From: Asterionella formosa
Lineage: Eukaryota
Direction of reading: 5' to 3'
Assembly: GCA_002256025.1 (NCBI GenBank)
Contig: NKIB01014869.1
Location: 1-39,995, forward strand
Length of the DNA: 39,995 bases
Made by a program: the position numbers and the translations under genes. This document shows, in pieces, positions 22,671 through 33,350 of the stretch. How positions within the stretch are numbered: the stretch's first letter is position 1; each line of letters opens with the position of its first letter. Under the pieces are notes generated by a model. The model had not been told where the DNA came from and searched no databases. It was given only the letters and a program-made list of their open reading frames with translations.

Positions 22671-25480
22671 TTACAAAAAATAGCTAAGACTCTTCTTCAT
22701 GGTTCCGTCGTCATTCTTGACACTTTCCTTACGACTGATTCGTTGGCGGATGAAATGCCGCGGCGGTTTTTGGCTATCACGTGTCCATTCTGGATCTCGA
22801 CGGCGGGGACTTGCGCAAGGAATATCTTCATCCGACGAAGAAGTGATAGAGACATCACTTTCGTTGTCAAATGGGATCTTGCCAACGAATGATTTTCTTG
22901 TGACCAACTTGGTTGTATTCGATCCCGGCAGACTTACAATCAAAAGGAGCAAAAGGTACAAGTGCACCATCCAAACGAACATTTGTTGGCCCAAGCTACC
23001 AGTGGCCTGAATCACAGGAAGTTCATCTGGGATCGCGTTGTCCTCTCGAAACCATTGAGATGATCGAATAACAAAGCGTCGAGGACCACTATCACTTAGG
23101 AAAGGGCTGATAACAGTACTTTGGTCCTTCTTACCACGCAGCCAGTTCGTCATCGATGCTGCCAAGGCGTCCGCATAATGCGGTATTTTATCAGACAGGA
23201 AGTCTTTGCCTTGTGCTGGCATTAATACCATTTGGCCCCACATGTGGCCTCTGGTCCGTTCCATCTCCTGTGCCACTCCACGTGCTGAATCTCCTACAGA
23301 CTTGGCAACATTTATCACATTAGACGCCGCAGCATTTGCATTCGTATGGACCCATCCCACAAACTCTCCCGCATGAGCCGTCATGCGTCCTAAATGCCCC
23401 ACCCCAGTCTTTCCCTTCACTGGCACTGTCGTTGACGTTGTTGGCAAATCGCGCACTTGAGCCAGTGGAGCAAGCAAAAATGGGAATCCATCCACAGCGT
23501 GCTCCTTGAAGTCTAATGAAATGGGGGCGTCGTATCGAAGGTATTCATAAAAGATACCATGTGCAACATCAGGGCGAGGGAAAATGTCCATAACGCGACC
23601 ATCCAAACGAACCTAGCAGCAAGAAAAAGAGGGGAAGATGAAAAGGGTTGGTTTACCATAACAAAAAGTGAATTTGTTTCCTACGCCCCACGCATAACAC
23701 GCACCTCCAGATTTCCATTCTTTCTCCATGTAAATACAAGTTCTGTTCCTCTAGCACAACACGATGGGTCCGCATTGTACTCTTCCGGAGCCACTTGTCC
23801 GCAAGAGCATCGCCCTGAATTTCCCGGTTTCAAAATCGTTTGGAGCATTCGTTCTTGCGCAGGTCGAGGTTGCATAGAAGAATTGATGAGTAATTCTTTT
23901 CGTTCCTCCGTAAGTAACTTCCAATCCGCCTGTAGACTGGATCGCATGGTTTCTGTCGATAGCTGCATGTTGAGTTTCAACAATAAGGTACGATCGACCA
24001 AACCCGCCATGGTCCGCAAGTGGGAGTAAAAATCTGATCTTTGTTTGAGTTCGTCTGACGATAACGATGCGTAGGAACGAAAAATAGGATCCTTGAGAGC
24101 ATCACGTTTGGAAACGTAAAGAGCAACGCCGTATACCTGTTATTATTGTGTGAAAGTGTGTGTGTGAGAGCGATGAGGCATTGAAAATATATGGTAAACC
24201 ACTAAAGAAATCCAACCAACTTCTGTTCGTCACAACTTACTTTGATGTGAAAGACTGTTTTGGTATACTGGCCAACCCCCATCAACGTATGTCGACCAGA
24301 TTGTTGTTTGGTCTCTCCTAAATATCCACACAGGTCTGTTGGGTATTCCAGGCCTGTTTGTGGATCTGTATAAATTCCATTCTTTGCTACAGCAATGTAA
24401 GGGTTAGGCGGCTGCATCGTAGTTTTGCGCACCTTGGTGAGAATGGGAGTATGCATCACGTCTTCGTCTGTGTCCAAAAAGACATTGGATGCGGTACGAA
24501 TGTTTTTGTATTTGTTGTCAATTCGCTTCTTGTTGCTGTTCTTGTTATTTTGGGACTTGATGGATGTTGCCTTAAGAAGTTTCGTTTCTGTGGTCCGTTT
24601 TTGATGAATCGAACGACGAGAGGATGGCAAGGACGCTTGGCTGTGTGCCAAATCCTTTGTATTTGCAATATGAGTGTTGTTGTTGAAAGAAGGAGTCATG
24701 GGTGTTTCTTGTTGCAGGATCGTGTGATTGAGTATTGGAGGTATCGACAAAAGTCGTGGTGTTGTTCGCACAAGCGAAAACTGAATCCTTCGTTGTCGTT
24801 GTTGATCTTGATCCTCACTGATGCTGTTACAACGGTCCAATCGGAGTGTTGCATTATGTTTGTACAAGCAAATGGCATGTCGTTGCAATTTACCTGTTTC
24901 ATATACCAATGCTCCTTGATTGTTGAATCTCCATGACCATGCTGTATCTACATGGCATGGTCCCAAGTCCAAGTGCTTGGTCAAACACTTGTCTTGATCC
25001 AATACTTCAAGAGCATATCCATTACGGAGTGAATCACAAAAGAGGACACACTTGGCCCGTCGCTTCCTTTGCGGCCGTTGTCGAATGAACCATATTGTTG
25101 CATCTCCACATTCCGAAAACTTTTTATTCGGTCCTAGACAAGTCATGTCATGAGAGTCCTGAATAGATGCAGAGTGTTTGTATAGGCATTGAACGTGTGA
25201 GTGCGAGTGAGAATAGGGAGTACCATGTACATGTCCAGATACCAATAAAAACCTGTACTACATACTAATCTCCCATAACTTTTTACTCTCTTACCTGCAA
25301 CCAATACGGTTCCATCAAGATTTTGTCATCTTGTCGGACGAGGCTGTCTAAACCAGCCACTTCGAATGTTTCCAGGATAATTGTTACTGGTTGAACTCCC
25401 AACATGCCTCGAGGCAGATGATTAGATACTCCAATGACGTGGACAAGGACAATAAAGAGTCGAGAGGAACGTGATCTCAT
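22671..25480 (-). CDS. Multi-domain membrane protein (~825 aa): signal peptide, ricin-type lectin-like repeats, chalcone-isomerase-like domain, C-terminal TM; exons 25480-25295, 25158-24241, 24136-23705, 23612-22671
   Basis: Three GT-AG phase-0 introns (25294-25159, 24240-24137, 23704-23613) join four ORFs in frame (YWLQ|DSHDMTCLGP, FHIK|VYGVALYV, GNLE|VRLDG). CHI-like pattern DPQTG..LMGVG...IKVYGVALYV...GTELVFTW...IFYEYL...PIS. Cys-paired CL....C....W repeats lie near the N-terminus. Confidence 0.75.
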
Positions 25481-25797
25481 ATTGGTATGCGACAAACCAG
25501 AAAGTATAGATGAATGGTAAAATGGAAATCGCCGATTGCTCCGCTGATGTTATTGGTATTGTTGGTGCTGTTGTTGCTGCTGCTGCTTTCTCGTTTCGTA
25601 TATAGCTGAATCCTTACGATCACTCTCGCTCTAACGTCTCGCTCGCTCTCTCTAATTATGTAATAGGGCAAGAAGAAATGTTGATTCCATGGAGAAGAGA
25701 TTGATTGCAAATCACTCACGGCAATTTTCGCTGTCAGAAATAACTGAAGTCGATTGATTGTGTTTGCAAAACTGTATTTTGCTTCAATATACATACG

Positions 25798-26220
25798 ATA
25801 CCGATACATACCGGTATACCGGTAGTCCAGCGAAAACAAAAAAGTGCCATATGAATATATATACCGGTAGTACAGTATGTGTGCGTATCGTACGATGCTA
25901 ATAATGCATGGATGACATCGCATGCCAACCATGTACCTTTTGTGCTTGAGTTCATACATATCATGGAGTATGACCGGATACTAAAGCAAATCCGGGGCGA
26001 AGAAACAAAAGGGTACCAGGTACTGGTACCTGGTATGATCATGTATGATGTGTGCGTGTATGAAAGCCGAGACGCATCTCGATCCTCCAGCACCAAGCAA
26101 GCAAGTTGAAAGAGCATCTTATTTAAACCAAGTCGTACCTGGTATATACCAGCTCACCGGTATATCCCATGGCTGTAACTGTTTACGATAGTACTGGTAC
26201 CCTGATACCAGGGTACTACT
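25798..26220. repeat. Cluster 4 of TACC(W)GGTA palindromes
   Basis: taccggtataccggta, ggtaccaggtactggtacctggta and others, in the divergent intergenic region. Confidence 0.85.
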
Positions 26221-26895
26221 GTACATCCTGGCTGAGCCACTGAGATACGTTGTTGCATCCTGTAAGACTATGGATTCTATGTAGATTTCCACATACGTGC
26301 TTGCCAGTCACGATTCTAGATTTCTCCTCATGACTCACTTTCATTACCAGCACAGAGCACTCACGCTATCTCTGCTTTTACTAGGCAAAATGACAACTTT
26401 TGGTTGGTAGTAAATAACATAATCTCCCCCTGTTTTGCAGAGAGCCTTCGGATGAGAACACTGGGGCAGTTGAAGTGGATCTGATGTCATTCTGAGATTC
26501 TCACTCCTGAGCGAATACTTTTGCTCCTTGCTGCTTCTGTCTGCTGTGCTACCGACAAAGAACGAGCACGTACTACGATTACGGTATTCTACAGAGCGAT
26601 ATGATAATGACTAAACGTACACATATATGAATCATACGAATACTGTGCGTAGAATGCTTGTACAACATATAACATTCACTGCAAAGGATATCAAACGAAA
26701 AAACGTACTTTTGCCATCAACAAAATGAAATCTTGGCTGATGTCACTCTTCTCTGCTGGTTCGCTCTCACATTCTTTGTCAAATCAGCATATATATATAT
26801 ATAATGAATACTTTTATCTTTTTACAAATAAACAACCAAGAAGAAAAGAGTCCATTAATCAACGTCACAGATCTGTCACAGCAACAACAAATACA

Positions 26896-28662
26896 ATGAC
26901 CATTGTTCCCAACTACCGGTATTGGCCTTTGTTGATACTGACACTCTTGACAGGCGCAACAACAACAACAACATCATTTGTTATCTCTACTACGACTAGT
27001 ACAAAAACTGCAACACACCTCTTCGCCACGACAGCAGAAGAGACCACATATGACTTGGCCATTATCGGCGCCGGTCCTGTGGGATTCCAAGCTGCCATGG
27101 CCGCAGCGTCCATGTTCAATAAACGCGTTTGTCTTATTGATGCACCAAGAGCATCGGGCGCTTTGATGAATGGTGACGAAGATTTAAGTCTAGGAGGACC
27201 CACCGGACTATTTAGTAAGGCACTTCGAGATACATCCAAACGCATCAAGGTTAATTCCTTGCGGGGGATGGGACTACGAGAAGATTCGGTTTGGAATGAA
27301 ATTATCAATTCTTGTTTGGACCTGGCAGGACAAAATGCACAAGATGCTGTGCGGCAATTGGCGTTTGCGGGTGTTACGTATGTGCAGGGATTTGCCAGTT
27401 TTCCAGATGGAGGTGGGACCAACTCTCTCTACGTTACCACAGACAAGGCTGTGCAAACCATTCGGGCTGCCAATGTCCTGGTCGCAACTGGATCCACGCC
27501 CTTTAGACCTGGTGGAATTCCATTTGATGGAACGCGCATCTTTGATAGTGACAGTATCAATACATTATCCTATTTACCCAAATCTATTGCTATTACAGGA
27601 TCAGGTATCATTGCCATGGAATTTGCAAAGATTTTTAGAAACTTGGGAGCTGACGTGACTCTAATTATTCGAGATCAGATTCCTCGTAATGCGCTCATGA
27701 AGATTGGCCTTGACAAGGATGTCGCGGCGACGCTGGTGGCAGATTTGGTCCGAAGTGGCATTCATATGGAACGAGGATGCCAAGTGAAGGAATTCCAATG
27801 TCCACCAGGTAGAGCACCTATCAAACTGGTACTAGAAGCCACCGGCGGTGGGCCTTTGCCATCTGGTCGGCAAGCAGAAATCAAGTGTGATGCATATTTG
27901 GCAGCAGTAGGACGAAAGCCCAATACGAGCAATCTCAATTTGCAAAGTGCTGGAATTCAAGTAGATGAGTATGGTGGAATCATGGTGGATTCTAGATTGA
28001 GAACGACTGCCAAGAAACAAAATGTGTATGCAGCTGGAGATGTCTTGGGACGCCCGTTTTTGGCGTCAACCGGAGTGGCGCAAGGTATTGCGGCTGTGGG
28101 TGCCATGTTTGGTGGTCCTGACAAAGACCCTGTCGTACTGTCGTCGTGCAACCCGGAAGATAGCTTGTGTGTCGATGGGGATATTAGTAAAGTTGGCGAG
28201 TCCTTCAACCCTGGGTCACTGGCTTCCAACCCTTTTGCCTTTCCCACGGGAGTCTGGACATCACCAGAAGCTGCGTATTATGGCCTATCTATGCAACAAG
28301 CACAAGAGATGGGCATCAACGCCGGTGAAGCCATTTCTCTCTATTGCGAATGTCTCCGGGGCCGCGTCTTTTCACCAAATGGACTATTGAAGTTGGTGTA
28401 CGAGAAACCAGCCGGACGTGTGTTGGGCGTACACATTTGCGGTGACGATGCATGTGAACTTATTCACTATGGGATGGAATTGGTCAAGGCGAAGCGAACT
28501 ATTGAAGATTTGAACAAAAGTCTCTATTCTGCTGTAACGTATCATGAAATGTATCGCATTGCAGCGCAGTCGGCATTGGACGAAAAGGGAGCTCGTAAAC
28601 GCAGAGCCGCAGCAGGAGCTGCTCTGCAAACACGAAATCGTTTAAAGCGAGGTGGTGAATAG
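26896..28662 (+). CDS. Soluble pyridine nucleotide transhydrogenase (SthA/UdhA)-like flavoprotein, predicted plastid-targeted
   Basis: FAD motif YDLAIIGAGPVG, then SKALRD, ATGSTPFRP, RIFDSDSI, GSGIIAMEFA, VYAAGDV, FPTGVWTSPE and LKLVY...VLGVH...ELIH. No CxxxxC and no HPT catalytic motif. ATG 26896 begins a signal peptide ending TTS-F, followed by a Thr-rich transit-like segment. Confidence 0.8.
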   Translation: MTIVPNYRYWPLLILTLLTGATTTTTSFVISTTTSTKTATHLFATTAEETTYDLAIIGAGPVGFQAAMAAASMFNKRVCLIDAPRASGALMNGDEDLSLGGPTGLFSKALRDTSKRIKVNSLRGMGLREDSVWNEIINSCLDLAGQNAQDAVRQLAFAGVTYVQGFASFPDGGGTNSLYVTTDKAVQTIRAANVLVATGSTPFRPGGIPFDGTRIFDSDSINTLSYLPKSIAITGSGIIAMEFAKIFRNLGADVTLIIRDQIPRNALMKIGLDKDVAATLVADLVRSGIHMERGCQVKEFQCPPGRAPIKLVLEATGGGPLPSGRQAEIKCDAYLAAVGRKPNTSNLNLQSAGIQVDEYGGIMVDSRLRTTAKKQNVYAAGDVLGRPFLASTGVAQGIAAVGAMFGGPDKDPVVLSSCNPEDSLCVDGDISKVGESFNPGSLASNPFAFPTGVWTSPEAAYYGLSMQQAQEMGINAGEAISLYCECLRGRVFSPNGLLKLVYEKPAGRVLGVHICGDDACELIHYGMELVKAKRTIEDLNKSLYSAVTYHEMYRIAAQSALDEKGARKRRAAAGAALQTRNRLKRGGE

Positions 28663-29916
28663 GTGTGAGTGTGTGAAGGCCCGCAAACATTAACTTGGCA
28701 GGTGGCAATAGAAAAGTCAAAACTATTCATAGCAAATTAACTTTATTTAATAGAAATTGAGAATAGCTGCATGCCTTTTTACAAATTGATATCTATACTA
28801 CCATTGTGGCTGATCTCCGTCTAACTTTATAAAATGTAATCACCATAGCAACACTCATGAAAGTAAATCAAAAGCAAATGATTATTCATTTCCTAGCTAA
28901 TTTGTCATAGTTGATCTGCATACAAAGCAATATCCGTTTTCACACTTTATCTAGCAATACAACTTCAGGTATGATAAAATGCTGGCATACCTCCTCTACA
29001 TGACCTATAGCTTGTACCTGGTACTCCCTCTGGCCAATTATAGTTGTTGCATCGATGCATAATTCAAATTTCTCCGGGTCCATTTTGACTCCTACAATTT
29101 TCTCCGGCTAAATTGCCCCATTGTGCGGCTTGTACAGATCCATCATGATTGTAGATTATTCGCTTGATTTTAAACAAATTAAAAGGCAATCAGTTACACA
29201 TAATTATTTGTTTGACTAAAAACATGTATATTTGTTTACCCTTGTTGAGGTATTAATGTGCTCAAAGTAAAGATAAAATGGGAGCAAATGAACATTATTA
29301 ATACTAGTCATAGTGAAGAATATTTCTGAACGGAAATGTAGAGAAAAGTAGCATATTATAGAGATTATAACTGAATAAATTTTTCTTTGCATCGCCAAAA
29401 ATATTGTCAGTTGGCCCCAAAAATCATGTGGGTTTCTAAATAGTAATGAAAGTTGTCGAAACTATTTTAGTTCACTCCTATCATATAAAGGATAGTATGT
29501 TTTATAGCCCATTTGTAGCTACTCCATCAGCATCATCCACTGTCCTGGGAGCTGTGACCACAATGGCCATCACCTTGTTGTCTTTACCTCTGATTTTCTT
29601 GAGCTCCCACCTTGTTGTCTGCAGAACTATGATTCTTTCAAGTTAATGACCCGTGTCAAAATATTCATTTTCACAACATCCCACACAGACATTTTTGAGA
29701 TTATTTCAGCAGGCAGACTTTTCAAATGTCTGAAATTGACCTAGCTACAGTTGTTTAGATTTAGATTGACTTTTCAGAGATGAAATATCCATTGAATTGA
29801 GCAATGGTAGGGGCAAGGGATTGGAAACCAAGACTGAATCCAATCTAATAGACTCAATTCAGCCTACCCGGAAAGAATCCGATAAAATTTACACGGAGAT
29901 AATTTAAAATTGGGGA

Positions 29917-30140
29917 CTACCGGTACTGTTCTCCGAGTACCAGGTACCAACATGGCTGTAGTTTCAAAAAACCGTTTTTGGGCTTTTTTTGATGTCAGTC
30001 AGCACAAATATTCCGGTATACAGTACACTGGTACCAGGTACCAAATCGCAAAGTATCCTTCCCGAGTTGTTACCGGCATGTATGACAGTTTGTCGTAAAA
30101 GATATACTGGTACTGGTATGCCTGTACTGTATACCGGTAT
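29917..30140. repeat. Cluster 5 of TACC(W)GGTA palindromes
   Basis: taccggta, taccaggtacca, ctggtaccaggtacca, tactggtactggta and tataccggtata, upstream of RRP4. Confidence 0.85.
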
Positions 30141-30377
30141 ACATACAGTACATCTTGTGTTTATAGAATATATATATAATCCAGTGCCATCCACCACTTG
30201 CTTTCGCTCGATTATCATTTGTGCATCATACTCTGGCACTTATTCATTTCTCAAAAACCAAAAACCAAAAGGTAACAAACACCTTCCGATTTGCAAAGCA
30301 AGTCCCCTGACTACCATACACCCCCAGCATACGTTATATATATTAACATATATATACTAGAGAGTACTAAGAACCAC

Positions 30378-31244
30378 ATGGCACATTTGGTAGTCCCCGG
30401 ACAAGTTATTGCCTCCTCCTCCAACGGCGACGGCTTTTTACGAGGTCACGGCACGTTTGTTGAAAAACGTATCAACGAGGAAGAGCGTCTTGTTGCATCC
30501 GTCGCTGGGATTGTCGAACGAGTGAATAAGCTAATATCGGTACATCCCGTGGCATCGTCTGTGTACGTGGGTCATGTGGGAGATCTAGTGATTGGGAGGA
30601 TTTCCAGTGTCCAGCAGACGAGATGGAAAGTTACTATTGGAGGGACAACAGTAAGACAAGCGCAATTGCCGCTGACTGGAGTGCACTTGGCGGGAGGTGC
30701 TCAGCGGATCCGAACAGCGGAGGACTCGAGGGATATGCGACAACTGTTTCAGGAGGGGGATCTGGTCAGTGCTGAAGTGCACAATCTACAGCAGGATGGC
30801 ACGATTGCCTTGCATACCAGGTCCTTGCGATACGGCAAACTTGAAAATGGATGCCTCATAGTTGTTCCGCCATCGTTGATCGCCAGACGAAGGAATCATT
30901 TCGTGGATCTATTTGGCATGACACTCCTTCTGGGAACGAATGGATACATTTGGATCCAACGCGCACTCCCAGAGAAGAGCGACGATGCTCAGTTGGCGGA
31001 ATACCAGGAGAAGATTAAAGTACAGCACGCAGAAACACCAGTCCTGCCAGACGAACGACAAGCCATTGCTCGGATGAGGAACAGTATTGAGTGCCTGCGC
31101 ATGACTCATATGATGGCGACACCTGAGAACATTGGGAAGGTATATCAAACTAGTATAGATGAACGCACTGGGCTATCGGCTATGCTGCATCCTGACAATG
31201 TCATTTTACTGACGGCAACGCTTAGGAACCCAACAGCATGTTAA
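30378..31244 (+). CDS. RRP4: Exosome complex component RRP4 (EXOSC2)
   Basis: VVPGQVI, FLRGHGT, ASVAGIVERVNKLISV, GHVGDLVIGRI, EGDLVSAEV, LHTRSLRYGKL, LGTNGYIWI. ATG at 30378. Confidence 0.95.
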   Translation: MAHLVVPGQVIASSSNGDGFLRGHGTFVEKRINEEERLVASVAGIVERVNKLISVHPVASSVYVGHVGDLVIGRISSVQQTRWKVTIGGTTVRQAQLPLTGVHLAGGAQRIRTAEDSRDMRQLFQEGDLVSAEVHNLQQDGTIALHTRSLRYGKLENGCLIVVPPSLIARRRNHFVDLFGMTLLLGTNGYIWIQRALPEKSDDAQLAEYQEKIKVQHAETPVLPDERQAIARMRNSIECLRMTHMMATPENIGKVYQTSIDERTGLSAMLHPDNVILLTATLRNPTAC

Positions 31245-31467
31245 ATACACCACCATCCTAATGACTCCGTAGCTAATGATATACCAGTAGTTCTATATTG
31301 TATTACTTAATATTGTGCACAAGTTGTATTCTTTCCACAAAGAAAATACACCATGCTAAGTACATTATATTTGGTGCATACGGTGAAAAATCGCTCTTGG
31401 GTGAATAATGTGCGCTGTGCGAAAAATATCTCTCTCTCTCACACACACCAACACATGCTGTCTCGAT

Positions 31468-32877
31468 TTAAACAACCTGTACTTGATGTCTAGGAGTCGA
31501 CGCCTTCTCCTTCTCCTCCACTACCACCTCACCCTCCTCGTTGTTATCATTTTGGATGAATGCTACTTCTTCATCGTCTCCATCGTCATTGTCTATCTCG
31601 GCACCTCCATATAGTTTAGGATTACGAACCTCATGAATCAATTCCACAATGGTAGTTTGCGTTGTAACTGTAACCTTTCTTGCCCACAGTGCCAACGGCA
31701 CATAAATACATCCACACAGTAGCATATTTGCTGTCTTGAGCCACAAGGGACCTGTAGCACCAGCTCCAGGAAGGATAATGGGAATGTGTTGAACATTATT
31801 ACACATAAAGACATGAAATTGCAAAACATATGTTTCCAGGGTAATTTTTCCTAAAAACTCCAACGCTGTTGAATGGAGGCAGCACAAATACTTGGACGAG
31901 TTCCGGATCATGAGCCACCCGGCCACGGGCAGCCAAAAGATGTAGGGGTGAACTGGATTGTACATGTACTTGTCAGTCATGAAACCAAAGCCATAGTACC
32001 AGATGAACAGGAGGAATAGTCCACCAGCGCGCTGCAGCCACATGGCGAGAAGCTGCGGTTCGGATGCGTACGCCCACTGCATGTATCCTTGGAACTTGTC
32101 CCAAAACAGCGCACTGAGGATTCCTACCCATGCCGAGTACTTGTCAGCTTGAAAGCGGAAAAAGTATTCGTCCGAAAAGAACTTGAGCGAGTTGACCAGG
32201 GGCGTTTCGTAGAAGAGAACGTGAGCCGCAAGTGAAATGGCGATCGCCAGTCCATTGGCAGACCAGTAGCCCATGTCCCTTGCTTTGAAGAGAGAGGCAA
32301 TGTAGCAGGTGGCCATGGTGACGAAGAAGCCAACGGTGTGGAGGGGCACGACGTAGTATAGCTCCAGAGGCACAGCCAGGGCCAGGCTCAACACGAGGGG
32401 GAAGTAGTTGATGCGGATCCACATGCCCACCATGCGGTCGAAGCTGAAGTCTCCCTTCTTGTCGAAGTACAGGAAGTTTCCAAAGCCCGTCATCCAGACG
32501 TAGGCGGACACAAAGAGCCGGATCTCGTTGTACACTGAGTACACGCGGTAGTAGTGGTACATGATGAAGGCCCACTGCATCCACCCCTTGAACTCCTCCG
32601 TCTGCGGACGACTCAGCAGCTGCACCCCCCGCGACGCCGCGTTGGGGTCGTGCTTGAGCGTGGCCAGGGCGACCACGGCGAGGGCGCCGTTCATGATCCA
32701 GAACATGCGAGGGTCGTGATTTTCGTTTCTGGGGTACGTGCTCGACCAGGTGTTGCCGAGGTACGCAATGGCCAGGATGACGCACACTTGCGCTTGCGCG
32801 AGAGCGAACTCCTTGCGAGACTTCCAAAACATGGTGGTGTTGCCTTTGCTCTCAATGAGGCAAGGGTTCCAGGTCAT
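31468..32877 (-). CDS. Cas1p/RWA-type multi-TM polysaccharide O-acetyltransferase (Cas1_AcylT)
   Basis: Motifs LSRPQTEEFKGWMQWAFIMYHY, IRLFVSAYVWMTGFGNF, YYVVPLHT and LGKITLETYVLQFH. Start could be 32877 or 32832. Confidence 0.9.
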   Translation of the reverse strand: MTWNPCLIESKGNTTMFWKSRKEFALAQAQVCVILAIAYLGNTWSSTYPRNENHDPRMFWIMNGALAVVALATLKHDPNAASRGVQLLSRPQTEEFKGWMQWAFIMYHYYRVYSVYNEIRLFVSAYVWMTGFGNFLYFDKKGDFSFDRMVGMWIRINYFPLVLSLALAVPLELYYVVPLHTVGFFVTMATCYIASLFKARDMGYWSANGLAIAISLAAHVLFYETPLVNSLKFFSDEYFFRFQADKYSAWVGILSALFWDKFQGYMQWAYASEPQLLAMWLQRAGGLFLLFIWYYGFGFMTDKYMYNPVHPYIFWLPVAGWLMIRNSSKYLCCLHSTALEFLGKITLETYVLQFHVFMCNNVQHIPIILPGAGATGPLWLKTANMLLCGCIYVPLALWARKVTVTTQTTIVELIHEVRNPKLYGGAEIDNDDGDDEEVAFIQNDNNEEGEVVVEEKEKASTPRHQVQVV

Positions 32878-32936
32878 TGCCGGCTGTAATTCGTTGACGC
32901 GGTTTTTAAAAAGTGCAACTTTCTTTTTGCACTAGT

Positions 32937-33350
32937 AGTACCGGTATGTATGATGTAGCAGTGTGCTAGTTTTTCCATACATACCACTGAGCACATCGGA
33001 TAGTAGCCTACCTGGTACCTGGTACCAGGTACCAGGTACCATAGGTTTTTTCCCGATATGCTCAGCTATGTACCGGGTAGGTCTAACGGAGTCATTTGTC
33101 AAACAACTACCGGTACATATCTTAGGTACCTGTAGACCATATGCACATGTGAAGTAGGATGTTCTATTTTATGTAGAATCTGTACGGTGATTTTATAATG
33201 GTCCAACATCCCACGAGCTATGGGGGCTATTTCATTTGTGTACCTGGTACCTCTCCGATATACATTCATGCATTTTGGCAATCATCCTTCGTCGTAGCGG
33301 AGATACCTGGTACCGTACCCCACCTGGTATCAGGCTGGTACTGGTACCAT
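32937..33350. repeat. Cluster 6 of TACC(W)GGTA palindromes, including a perfect 30 bp palindrome at 33009-33038
   Basis: tacctggtacctggtaccaggtaccaggta equals its own reverse complement. Several further copies follow. Confidence 0.9.

Noticed and set aside
26725..26895. N-terminal extension of the SthA-like ORF
   Set aside because: AT-rich, UTR-like sequence with an (AT)n run. ATG 26896 yields a proper signal peptide.
28700..29900. Possible decayed coding or TE sequence (also 19300-20600)
   Set aside because: AT-rich and CpG-poor, but I could not recognise any motif, so no call was made.
32144..32827. 227 aa overlapping alternative-frame ORF
   Set aside because: Explained by stop-codon scarcity in the GC-rich part of the Cas1p gene.
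31468..32877. CRISPR Cas1
   Set aside because: The name overlap is coincidental. The motifs are those of the membrane O-acetyltransferase Cas1p/RWA.
5524..32877. Glycan or cell-wall cluster (FAS1, GT47, lectin-like protein, O-acetyltransferase)
   Set aside because: The genes are dispersed among unrelated genes, and these families are large in diatoms.
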